Positions 43,701-50,749 of a DNA stretch of 64,000 nt are shown here, in pieces. The stretch lies in NCBI GenBank assembly GCA_051362555.1, contig CM120644.1, positions 22,962,534 to 23,026,533 of the forward strand, read 5' to 3'. A program made the position numbers and the translations under genes. The notes under the pieces were generated by a model. It did not search any database. It had not been told where the DNA came from and saw only the letters and a list, made by a program, of their open reading frames with translations. The stretch's first letter is position 1. Each line of letters begins with the position of its first letter. The stretch is from Lingula anatina. Lineage: Eukaryota > Animalia > Brachiopoda.

Positions 43701-46575
43701 GGACCTGTATCCCAGCATACGGCATACAACTTGGGCATCCGTATTGCCAAAACCATCGTCACAAACAGTCCCCCACTGACCACTATGATACACCTCCACG
43801 CGGCCCATGTTGCTACTCCCTCCTCCTACTAAACGGATCTTTTTTCCTGAAAACTTATCTGAAATGGCGGTCGTTTCATAATATAATATAATATAATATA
43901 ATATAATATAATATAATATAATATAATATAATATAATATAATATAATATAATAGTAGGGATAGTAGGCGTGTCACTGTTCACTTAACAAGTCACTAGCAT
44001 GAACGAGAACAAAATATGTTTGGTATGTTAACGAAAAAAAAAAACAATTTTATTTCAATCACTGAGCATGGTTAGGACATTTGGCATAGTGCCCACGTGT
44101 TGTTTAATAGACTGGTCGCGGTCGTTTAGTACAGAAAGTGGAATAGTTGAAAGTGAACAATTGTTAAAACTACAACTAAAAAGGGGAATGTATAAATGAT
44201 TATACTTAATTTAAAGGTGTCAAAACTACAATCAAATAACTCAATATGCGTGAATATATATGGAGAGTACATACATAGTGAACCATTTTTATTTCATATC
44301 ACAAGTACCTGTTGTGTTTGCTGTTGAAGTTGTTTCCTCAGGTGGTAATGGCGTCGTTACTGAAACAAATATCGAAAAAGTGCAGTATTTGTACTGCAAG
44401 GATCCCTGTACATTGACAAGAAATGTTCAGAGACCACGCATTGAAAACGAACTGCATGTTACCATTGGTGAGTAATGTAATACATGCCCAATGTATATTT
44501 GTATATCAGTGTCCATATACATGTACATGTATTGGAAGTAAAAACTCTATATGTCGTTTGGTATTTTTCAATAGCATTTGTTATTCAAAGTCGTTCACTA
44601 TACCATACATACGTATAAATAATAACACTTGATCGAAGTAGTAAAAAACATGTCAAAGGTGAACATCAATTTATGTAGAACAATACATGATGATGAAATT
44701 ATTCCATGTACATTTAAATAAATACTACTCACCACTGCCATATTGACAATAATAACCCCACGTGCCTGCTGGACAGCGACATCTACCGTCATAATAATCA
44801 TAGTACCCTCCATTTTGACACCCTATATTACGAAATAAGGAAAACTGAATCAACAGCACTGCACTTTGTTGAGTATAAACACAGAATGTCCTCTTATTGC
44901 CGTGGCACAGAGACACAATCTGTATTAAAAATTACATGTGCTGCAGACAGGGCGGGGGGCGCGAGTGGGATGTTTAGTGTACTGCTTGTGTCATGATTTA
45001 TTTTGTTGCAAGCGACGTTTGTTGAACTTTAGCCGGACATGCAACGTCGTGATTTTCCAAGTATTTGGAAACAATCAAACAACTATTAGCAAACTACATG
45101 ACTTTACTTTAGTAAACCTGCTTTTCATCGTCAAAACAATTCTACTGAATTGCAACTTTTAAAAACCATCCACAAAATGATCCCTTTTCCTTGAAACCTA
45201 CTCTGTGTTGTCATTTCCGTGGGTCTCTCAGTGGTTTGTCCTAAAAAAAACACATTCAGCTTGAAGTGTTCAGTGCATTATTTTAGTAAAACATTTAGTT
45301 CTAGAGCCAACAGGGGTTTACGTGTATATTTCTACACCGATACATAATAAAGCTAAACTAATAAATATAGCATCGTAACTTGTAGTTTTTAATTTTTTTT
45401 TACTTATTTGTTTATTGATTTTTATTAATAGTCACGTTATAAATCTGATTATATGGAACCAAAGAATGATTTTCAAGATATACATCTTAAAATAAGTATC
45501 GTGATATTCAGGCTCTCCTTACGTCCATAAAACTGGCATTTCTGTCCATAGTGATAAGAGTCACACTGACAGCTGTATTCTGTGTATTGGTACGGCCAGT
45601 ACGAGGTTCTCTTCGGGTAACATGTTCCACCGTTCTGACACGGATTGCGGTAGCAGGGATCTGATACATACATCATAAGAAATATAGGGAGATGGAGAGA
45701 CTTTGTGCCACAGAAAAGAGAGGACATCAAATTAGGGAAATCACGGTTTGTCAGAGATCCAAATGTTTTCAGTAACAGTGATCTTATTGGAGAACATATA
45801 ACAAACCCAATACCCAATATAACATGTAACAAACCCAATACCCAAAGTAACATATAACAAACCCAATATCCAATATAACATGTAACAAACCCAATACCCA
45901 AAGTAACATATAACAAACCCAATACCCAATATAACATGTAACAAACCCAATACCCAAAGTAACATATAACAAACCCAATATCCAATATAACATGTAACAA
46001 ACCCAATGCCCAATATAGCATGTAACAAACCCAATACCCAATATAACATATAACAAACCCAATACCCAATATAACATGTAACAAACCCAATACCCAAAGA
46101 AACATATAACAAACCCAATACCCAATATAACATATAACAAACCCAATATAACATGTAACAAACCCAATACCCAATATAACATGTAACAAATCCAATGCCC
46201 AAATATAACATGTAACAAACCCAATACCCAAAGAAACATATAACAAACCCAATACCCAATATAACATGTAACAAACCCAATACCCAATATAACATATAAC
46301 AAACCCAATACCCAATATAACATGTAACAAACCCAATGCCCAAATTAACATATAACAAACCCAATACATCAGTATAAGCATATTGCTGGTATAATACACA
46401 AATTACAAAAAAAGTACATTTTAATTAAAATAAAATATACACATTTCTACAAACGTTTGTTTTGCAGGATACAAAATATTATTGTTGAGAGTGCGAAAGA
46501 GAGAGTTTGTTGGTGAATGAGAGAAAGAAAAAGAGAGCGACAGAGAAAGAGAGGCAGAGAGAGGGTGTTTGTTTA

Positions 46576-46637
<62 letters not shown>

Positions 46638-48322
46638 AGAGACGGAGAGAGAGAGATGAAGAAGATATCCTCTCAAGCTCACCATACGTTGTAGCTCCAT
46701 TGGTCTCCGTGGTGTGTTCTACAGGAGAAAGTGAAACATTCACAGTTAGCCCATAAAGGCTATGCAACGTTTTACATTATTGAAAAGGATTAAACAAATA
46801 TCTGATCTGCGCTATTGAATTATAGATCGACCTTGACTTTGTCATTAGCACATCCTGACACATTATTGATTGGGGCTGATCAAAGATCAAATTTACATTT
46901 TGTTATTGAATTATATAATGACCTTACGTTTAGATTAAAACAGTAAAGAATGCAGCCTTCATTATCTAAACATGTGCCAGGAGAAACTACATACATAATT
47001 TAATCACCACGTGTCATGACATAGGCGGCACATTTATAATCAATATCTTATATTCATATCTTATTCTTTTTATCTAGCAAACAAACTTTTATCATAAGGC
47101 AAACGTTGAAGTCGACAGTATCGAGTGACAACAGATAAACACTGACGTGGTCAACGGCTACCAAAGATGGCACATTGCGCCATCGTTTATATGAATAATT
47201 CAGACGTAGTGAGTAAATTGATTTATCATTGTTTGCTGACTTTATCCAGACACAGATACCAAATTAATTTACATCAGCTTTATATATAGGTTGTCCTGGA
47301 ATTACCTAAAAAGGGAAATATACTTACAGGTTAGTCTTCTAAAACATGCAGCTAAGTAACAAACAAGTACATTATTCGTTAAACATTTTACAAAAAGGCC
47401 AGATATCCCATACAAACCATTCAAAGGCGAGCTTTTGTAAGCACAACATTCCAAAGTTTATGGTTTTATTAACAATAATATTTCATTCAAGCGAAAGTTA
47501 TACATTAAGCGTTTCCATATAGCAAAATCGATCCATCCATCAAAACAAATAGGCCTACGCTATGCAGGGGCGGATCCAGGATTATTTGAAAGGGGGGTTC
47601 CAGAACGGAACGAAGCCGACCATCGCCCCCTTGGTGTGGGATTCGGGGCTTGCTCAAGGGCCCCGTAAATTGTCGGTGTTTTGGGGAGCAAGCAGTGTCC
47701 TTTGGTAGAGTTCAATACTATGATTTAGCTAGTCAAAATGCTAATTTCAAGATGGGAATATTGGTGTAATAATTTTTTTCCCGAAACTGCTATGTGCAGT
47801 AAACATATAACAATATTTTCTGCCTAGAAATGTATAAATAATTTAATCATACCTGGTCTGTACGTTGTCGGGCAGTTCCTTTCGTCCGACCCGTCGCTGC
47901 AATCCCACCCTCCATCACAGACATATCTCCACGGTATATACCTCCCCGTCGGGCACCTGAAGCTACTCTGGGACACTAGGAAATATGGAATACATTTGCC
48001 TTTGAGAACTATCTATTCAGCTTTTTTTTCTTAAAAAAAAGCGCTTGGTGCATTTTAGGGATTGAGCCCATTGTAAAGAAGTTCATTTAATAGTGCGAAT
48101 CAATCTTTAGCACATCATTTCTAAAACTCTATAAATGTTTTTTTTTTTTTTAGTTAGGAAAATGTGATTACATTTTGAAGAAAATGGGCACGAGTAAGTG
48201 AAATGTTTAAAATTTGAGACTGTTTAACAACACGCAATATGTTGTCCTGGAATAAGATCATGCTTACCTGCCCGCCGAGACAGCGCAATAACAACGATCA
48301 CGAAAAATGTCGTCTGCATCAT
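641..48322 (-). CDS. Spliced DMBT1-like mosaic membrane protein (SP-LDLa-EGF/SRCR repeats-vWA-ZP-TM), about 46 coding exons, about 1960 aa
   Basis: The exons listed below have AG acceptors and GT donors (one GC) and compatible phases, and join without stops into 5892 nt. Domain motifs read directly from the translations. Confidence 0.88.
1131..1411 (-). CDS. ZP-C exon with furin site and EHP-like segment
   Basis: CPDDPTV...FTVKAFEF...[10 protein letters not shown]...SRC...RGKR...VQGPVFV; donor is CAG|GCAAGT. Confidence 0.88.
1706..1953 (-). CDS. ZP module exon (linker/ZP-C start)
   Basis: [10 protein letters not shown]...[15 protein letters not shown]...[10 protein letters not shown]...YALI; phase 0 to phase 2. 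Confidence 0.9.
2264..2410 (-). CDS. ZP-N exon 2
   Basis: [13 protein letters not shown]...[13 protein letters not shown]; 147 nt, AG/GTGAG, phase 0-0. Confidence 0.85.
2641..2837 (-). CDS. ZP-N exon 1
   Basis: [15 protein letters not shown]...LDDIKC...CGT; phase 1 to phase 0. Confidence 0.88.
3208..3228 (-). CDS. 21-nt linker microexon (QATAAPQ)
   Basis: Poly-T tract plus AG acceptor, AAG|GTAAGA donor, phase 1-1. Confidence 0.7.
3722..4282 (-). CDS. von Willebrand factor A domain exon
   Basis: [12 protein letters not shown] (MIDAS DxSxS), [22 protein letters not shown]; 561 nt, phase 1-1. Confidence 0.95.
4791..4835 (-). CDS. Thr/Pro spacer microexon ([15 protein letters not shown])
   Basis: 45 nt, AG/GTATG; paralog of 7050-7094 and 7968-8015. 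Confidence 0.8.
5134..5268 (-). CDS. EGF exon 12
   Basis: [16 protein letters not shown]...[25 protein letters not shown]; 135 nt. Confidence 0.88.
5588..5632 (-). CDS. Spacer microexon ([16 protein letters not shown])
   Basis: 45 nt, AG/GTATG, phase 1-1. Confidence 0.75.
6268..6476 (-). CDS. SRCR5 second exon
   Basis: [27 protein letters not shown]...[16 protein letters not shown]...SSC. Confidence 0.92.
6761..6902 (-). CDS. SRCR5 first exon
   Basis: [43 protein letters not shown]. Confidence 0.93.
7050..7094 (-). CDS. Spacer microexon ([15 protein letters not shown])
   Basis: 45 nt, AG/GTATG. Confidence 0.8.
7457..7591 (-). CDS. EGF exon 11 (an alternative donor may extend it to 7370)
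   Basis: [44 protein letters not shown]; donor GTGAGT at 7456, second in-frame donor GTATGT at 7369. Confidence 0.88.
7968..8015 (-). CDS. Spacer microexon ([16 protein letters not shown])
   Basis: 48 nt, AG/GTATG. Confidence 0.8.
8508..8725 (-). CDS. SRCR4 second exon
   Basis: [28 protein letters not shown]...[12 protein letters not shown]...RSC. Confidence 0.92.
9010..9145 (-). CDS. SRCR4 first exon
   Basis: [43 protein letters not shown]. Confidence 0.92.
9190..9665 (+). mobile_element. 3' fragment of a CR1/L2-group LINE
   Basis: Translates [19 protein letters not shown]...ESEDNLKK, resembling the YG.RAF...P..WN.LP...FKK C-terminus of L2/CR1 ORF2; AT-rich tail with AATAAA. Confidence 0.55.
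9827..9868 (-). CDS. Spacer microexon ([14 protein letters not shown])
   Basis: 42 nt, tttttcag/GTGAGT. Confidence 0.8.
9942..10032. repeat. Compound (CT)n(AT)n microsatellite
   Basis: Direct reading. Confidence 0.95.
10230..10370 (-). CDS. EGF exon 10
   Basis: [47 protein letters not shown]; 141 nt. Confidence 0.9.
10718..10741 (-). CDS. 24-nt microexon (VAPESTTYG)
   Basis: AG/GTGAGT; paralog of 42434-42457. Confidence 0.78.
10969..11004 (-). CDS. 36-nt microexon ([13 protein letters not shown])
   Basis: AG/GTACAT; paralog of 41618 and 42664 exons. Confidence 0.78.
11394..11534 (-). CDS. EGF exon 9
   Basis: [42 protein letters not shown]; 141 nt. Confidence 0.9.
11787..11834 (-). CDS. 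Spacer microexon ([17 protein letters not shown])
   Basis: 48 nt, AG/GTAAGC. Confidence 0.8.
14313..14447 (-). CDS. EGF exon 8
   Basis: [45 protein letters not shown]. Confidence 0.9.
14825..14971 (-). CDS. EGF exon 7
   Basis: [49 protein letters not shown]; 147 nt. Confidence 0.85.
15545..15885. mobile_element. Kolobok-type MITE, copy 1
   Basis: TTAA on both flanks (15541-44, 15886-89); imperfect TIRs AGG(A/G)ATA(T/A)TAACTCTTCG; an inverted second copy lies at 30763-31103. Confidence 0.75.
15937..16148 (-). CDS. SRCR3 second exon
   Basis: [30 protein letters not shown]...[13 protein letters not shown]...RSC. Confidence 0.92.
16279..17212. mobile_element. Non-autonomous DNA transposon (TIR core CGGTCACAACC, TTAA flanks)
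   Basis: ttaa-ttccggtcacaacc ... ggttgtgaccgcggc-ttaa; internal block 16377-16690 is imperfectly repeated at 17237-17590. Confidence 0.5.
21352..21760 (+). mobile_element. Insert carrying a RecQ-like helicase fragment (AcademH-like?) inside the Pao integrase
   Basis: [28 protein letters not shown] (SF2/RecQ Q-motif plus motif I) interrupts the integrase between YGVL and RVIHFEVA. Confidence 0.6.
22531..24666. mobile_element. PIF/Harbinger-like non-autonomous element
   Basis: cag|GGCCC...ttggtgcaaccgGGCC|cag (CWG duplication); subterminal repeats ggcgtaaatttac and (g)ttgcaccaa at both ends. Confidence 0.55.
23631..24417. mobile_element. MITE with about 55-bp near-perfect TIRs, nested in the Harbinger-like element
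   Basis: gtgaggtcagaattccaggtatgttatgtgttaggtgttagtgttacagatct and its reverse complement at about 24366-24417; cattgt occurs on both flanks. Confidence 0.8.
25112..25259 (-). CDS. SRCR3 first exon
   Basis: [49 protein letters not shown]. Confidence 0.92.
25505..25615 (-). CDS. EGF exon 6 (short loop, no YWPY)
   Basis: [37 protein letters not shown]; 111 nt. Confidence 0.9.
25873..26432. mobile_element. Foldback/MITE with about 200-bp inverted arms
   Basis: About 25873-26075 is the imperfect reverse complement of about 26240-26432 (e.g. ccctggctgggcccattctttatggtgtttttgcattgttaacagcat). Confidence 0.8.
26880..27272. mobile_element. Tc1/mariner-type MITE
   Basis: TA flanks; TIR tacaacattggtcaaa(g/a)aggttgtcccacc. 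Confidence 0.8.
27769..27903 (-). CDS. EGF exon 5
   Basis: [42 protein letters not shown]. Confidence 0.88.
28006..28137 (-). CDS. EGF exon 4
   Basis: [44 protein letters not shown]. Confidence 0.88.
28272..28462 (-). CDS. SRCR2 second exon
   Basis: [40 protein letters not shown]; frame requires the GTGGGT donor. Confidence 0.88.
28822..28963 (-). CDS. SRCR2 first exon
   Basis: [45 protein letters not shown]. Confidence 0.9.
30530..30748 (+). pseudogene. Tc1-like transposase C-terminal remnant
   Basis: [13 protein letters not shown] resembles the Tc1 SPDLNPIE.LW motif; heavily decayed. Confidence 0.5.
30763..31103. mobile_element. Kolobok-type MITE, copy 2
   Basis: ttaa|agggatattactcttcgtatgagatctatatttcaca...aagagttattatccct|ttag; homologous to the reverse complement of 15545-15885. 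Confidence 0.75.
31166..31426 (+). mobile_element. Helentron-associated non-autonomous element (HINE/DINE-1-like)
   Basis: TT insertion context, subterminal IRs ctccgccaa/ttggcggag, short internal tgtc/tgtt repeats, 3' hairpin gcact..agtgc, CTAGTT end. Confidence 0.75.
33805..35230. repeat. Imperfect direct duplication (about 33805-34130 vs 34963-35230) with an internal tandem duplication of about 42 bp
   Basis: Shared aaatcatctgcaacaga.gctaaaagctgtgcacct.ggactaagggactgcct and caacttcctttctttt; agatttcactacgatgtatcaagtgtaataattgttacata occurs twice at 33824-33906. Confidence 0.75.
36472..36558 (-). CDS. Four-Cys EGF-like exon B
   Basis: [29 protein letters not shown]; 87 nt, AG/GTGAGT. Confidence 0.82.
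37290..39128 (+). mobile_element. 5'-truncated non-LTR retrotransposon (RTE-X-like LINE), frameshifted
   Basis: RT motifs [27 protein letters not shown]; C-terminal [17 protein letters not shown], CxxC...HFFLKC; AATAAA then (TTA)n tail at 39071-39128. Confidence 0.9.
37328..37493. mobile_element. 166-bp MITE inserted in the LINE
   Basis: TIR caggccc(a/g)tagccag; 6-bp duplication cgtgtc at 37322-27 and 37494-99. Confidence 0.85.
39325..39462 (-). CDS. EGF exon 3
   Basis: [45 protein letters not shown]; 138 nt. Confidence 0.9.
39694..41428 (-). pseudogene. 24-nt microexon (AMPETTAYG) split by a transposon insertion
   Basis: Halves 41428-41420 and 39708-39694 rejoin into a paralog of the 42434-42457 exon with intact AG and GTCAG. 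Confidence 0.85.
39713..41419 (+). mobile_element. Non-autonomous Ginger1 DNA transposon
   Basis: CCGG duplication (39709-12, 41420-23), TIR TGTGAACGGAATG, internal remnant [24 protein letters not shown] (40310-40381) resembling the Ginger/GIN1 integrase N-terminus. Confidence 0.85.
41618..41650 (-). CDS. 33-nt microexon ([12 protein letters not shown])
   Basis: AG/GTATGG. Confidence 0.8.
41976..42116 (-). CDS. EGF exon 2
   Basis: [47 protein letters not shown]. Confidence 0.9.
42434..42457 (-). CDS. 24-nt microexon (EMPEATTYG)
   Basis: AG/GTAAGC. Confidence 0.8.
42664..42696 (-). CDS. 33-nt microexon ([12 protein letters not shown])
   Basis: cttttttcag acceptor, GTACGG donor; near-identical to 41618-41650. 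Confidence 0.78.
43113..43321 (-). CDS. SRCR1 second exon
   Basis: [47 protein letters not shown]. Confidence 0.92.
43705..43846 (-). CDS. SRCR1 first exon
   Basis: [45 protein letters not shown]. Confidence 0.92.
43877..43953. repeat. (ATAAT)n pentanucleotide microsatellite
   Basis: Direct reading. Confidence 0.9.
44309..44359 (-). CDS. Spacer exon ([18 protein letters not shown])
   Basis: 51 nt, tttgtttcag/CAG|GTACTT. Confidence 0.8.
44733..44822 (-). CDS. Four-Cys EGF-like exon A
   Basis: [30 protein letters not shown]; 90 nt, AG/GTGAGT. Confidence 0.85.
45523..45660 (-). CDS. EGF exon 1
   Basis: [45 protein letters not shown]. Confidence 0.9.
45793..46367. repeat. 28-bp intronic minisatellite, about 20 copies
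   Basis: Unit acaaacccaatacccaatataacat(g/a)ta with variants. Confidence 0.95.
46576..46633. repeat. (TG)n(AG)n microsatellite
   Basis: Direct reading. Confidence 0.9.
46683..46718 (-). CDS. 36-nt microexon ([13 protein letters not shown])
   Basis: tttctcctgtag/GTGAGC. Confidence 0.8.
47853..47975 (-). CDS. LDL-receptor class A-like exon (4 Cys)
   Basis: [41 protein letters not shown]; 123 nt, phase 1-1; absent from the ORF track. Confidence 0.9.
48268..48322 (-). CDS. First coding exon, signal peptide
   Basis: ATG at 48322; [18 protein letters not shown] then CAG|GTAAGC, phase 1. Confidence 0.8.
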
Positions 48323-48501
48323 TTCACATCCTTAACACTAATGACTTGTCACCTCGTGTTTTACTGAGTGAAGGAACGCTGTGGAGGGGAGGGTCACAAC
48401 CCGGCACAGATTTTTTTTTTTTTTTGTCCAGTGAAATAAGAATAAAATGTATCATTGATGTACTTACATTATTTCATTATAGACAGCACGTCACCATCGA
48501 C

Positions 48502-48508
48502 TTTATAG
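48502..48508 (-). promoter_or_regulatory. Candidate TATA box of the mosaic gene
   Basis: TATAAAG on the minus strand about 180 bp upstream of the ATG; motif match only. Confidence 0.3.
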
Positions 48509-49179
48509 GGAAAATCGATCACTCGACTACAAGTGCAAATAAAAAAAGTAAGTAAGCATAAACACGTACACTATTACTCGCTTTGAACGGCTCGGATGCA
48601 AACCCCATCTGTCACCCCCAGCTAAATATACCCTTCCCCTTCGGAGGTGAAACCTTATCGAAAGAGATGTTGATTTTTCCGCGAATAACCAATATGGAAG
48701 ATAAGAGACCAACAGAGACAGTTCTCTGATTAATATTTCAACAAATATCGTATTGGTATGGCGGGATAACGCCACTCTTTTTTGTTTAAATGTTTGTGTC
48801 GAAATGGTCAAGCAGCTGTCCTCAAGTTTAACGATGGTTTTTCCAAGAAGAAGTACCAGTTCACCTTCCAGCTATGCACTGTTCGCAATGCCATCTAGCG
48901 GACACTGCCGTAACCACGGACCAGTGAATAGAACAAAATATTAGATATCAGTATTATTACGTTGTGAATTATTTTAAATTAAGCGAATTAAACTGTCAGT
49001 GTATATTAGATAAATATGAGCCACAATGACAATACAAATGTTGTTCTTATTTGTTTATTTTTAGTTAATTTGATTTCCAGTTAATTGAGTAAAAGTTCAT
49101 TTCTTATATACAGTACTACAGGTGCGTCTCTGCGCGGTTTACAGACGCCTGCTCATAGTTTAGGCCGTGATACAGTGTA

Positions 49180-49412
49180 GGTGTTGATGCTCTGGCCTCC
49201 CTGGGGGGGGGGGGGGGTACAGGCCGGCAAACTGTATGAAGCTCTGAAAGCAAGTTAGGAACTGTATCATTGCTTCAACCCCTGATAAGTGTTAAGTACC
49301 AAGCAGGGAGACAGCAGGTACTGCTAATAAAGGACTGGTATGTCCCCAGACAGGGCTGAAACCACGTCCTCCCGCTATGGAGGCGGACACTCTAACCACA
49401 AGGCCACGGTAC
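49180..49412 (-). mobile_element. tRNA-derived SINE (possibly Meta-domain type)
   Basis: A box TGGCCTTGTGG (49406-49396), degenerate B box GGTTTCAGCCC (49363-49353), then core gtacctgctgtctccctgcttggtacttaacactta; 3' end approximate. Confidence 0.6.
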
Positions 49413-50340
49413 CATTGAGTACGGTTTAGAAATATGATTCAGCTAGTCAAATGATAATTTCAAGAAGGGACCATTGGTGTGATTTTTTTCAGAAATCGAA
49501 GAGGGGTCAGGACCCCCTGGACCTCCTCTAAATACTTTACTGCGTCCCAGTACACAATGAAAAGCAGGTGACTTCTATGAAGACGAACCATGGTAAACGA
49601 AAGTGAGTACGCTAGTTATGTAAAATTAAACAATTCGCAAGCTGGGCCGATCATGTATATAATCACAACGTTGCCCGGTCAGTGTGCGCTGGTTTTTACA
49701 TTTCAATCAATATCTTTGTTGATAAGTCAATTAATCTAAAAACTTCTCAATTCTCTGTTAGCCCATTTCAACCCATCATAATTTTTCTCAAACCAGTCCA
49801 TATCTGTTTACTAGAAAACCTACTAAGTTTAAAACCAAACGAAGTAGAATTAAAAACGCATTCTGAGTGCATGGATGGCTTCTTGTTGAATTTATCTGAG
49901 GTCAGTTAAAACTTTTTAAACACAAAATAACACATAAGTCACCTTAATCAAATCAAAAAGTTATACTAACTCTTTGAGGAAGTAAAAAGCAATATAAAAA
50001 TAGAATAAAGCCATATGCATTTTCTATAAGAAGCAGTAAATGAACAGCATGAAACATTAAAACTTAAAACTAAACAAAAATAGGATAATTGCAAAGTAAA
50101 TATGGTATATCAAAACAAATATTGACATTCTTTTTATAGTGAATAGCTTGGTATAACAAATAACAAAACAACCCTACATGATGTTATTTTAACACACGGT
50201 ATAACTGCTTTTGTTCATTTAAGTATAAAAGGTCTTTCTCGTTTCCTATACACGTTATTTTTTTTCATTTGCATTCGCATTACTTTTTATTTTATTTATC
50301 TATTTTTATTTTTTCGTATATTTTGTTAATCGTAAAGTAT

Positions 50341-50624
50341 CCCGCACGAAAATGCAGTAGTATCGAAGTAACAAAGAAGCATTAACGCAGTAGTGGTGTG
50401 GAGCATATTTGCAGTAGAAATACAGTATAGCCCACTGCAATTCTACTTCAAAAATTACATAGGGTTGTACAGAGGAGGAGTATTAATGCAGTAGATTAGC
50501 AGCATGATAGAAGCATGTTTCAAATATGCAAATTAGCTTCCACATCGAAGCAGATTTGAGGCATGTTTGCAGTATTATTGCAGTAGTCTACTGCGCTGGA
50601 GTATCTACTTCGTTTTCGTGCGGG
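50341..50624. mobile_element. MITE with CCC termini and 2-bp duplication (CMC/EnSpm-like)
   Basis: at|cccgcacgaaaa.g.agtag ... ctact.c.ttttcgtgcggg|at; internal gcagtag repeats. Confidence 0.75.
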
Positions 50625-50749
50625 ATATCAAACGTAATTGTAATAAAGTATCAGTATACATGACATCTTATTTGTATACAGTCACTTGGAACCAGTCACT
50701 TGGAACTGGTCTAAATATTTTTCTGCTTCTTCTTTTTCTTCTTTGGTAG

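Noticed and set aside
45793-46367. CRISPR-like array
   Set aside because: Head-to-tail tandem units with no unique spacers, eukaryotic context, no cas genes
45473-46399. 308-, 207- and 179-aa hydrophobic ORFs resembling a multi-pass membrane protein
   Set aside because: They are translations of the 28-bp minisatellite in three frames; only 45523-45660 is a real exon
47328-47351. Possible 24-nt microexon with GTAAGT donor
   Set aside because: Acceptor ambiguous and the peptide (AACFRRLT) would add an unpaired Cys; unsupported without RNA data
49340-49412. tRNA gene
   Set aside because: Degenerate B box, no complete cloverleaf or poly-T terminator; better explained as a SINE head
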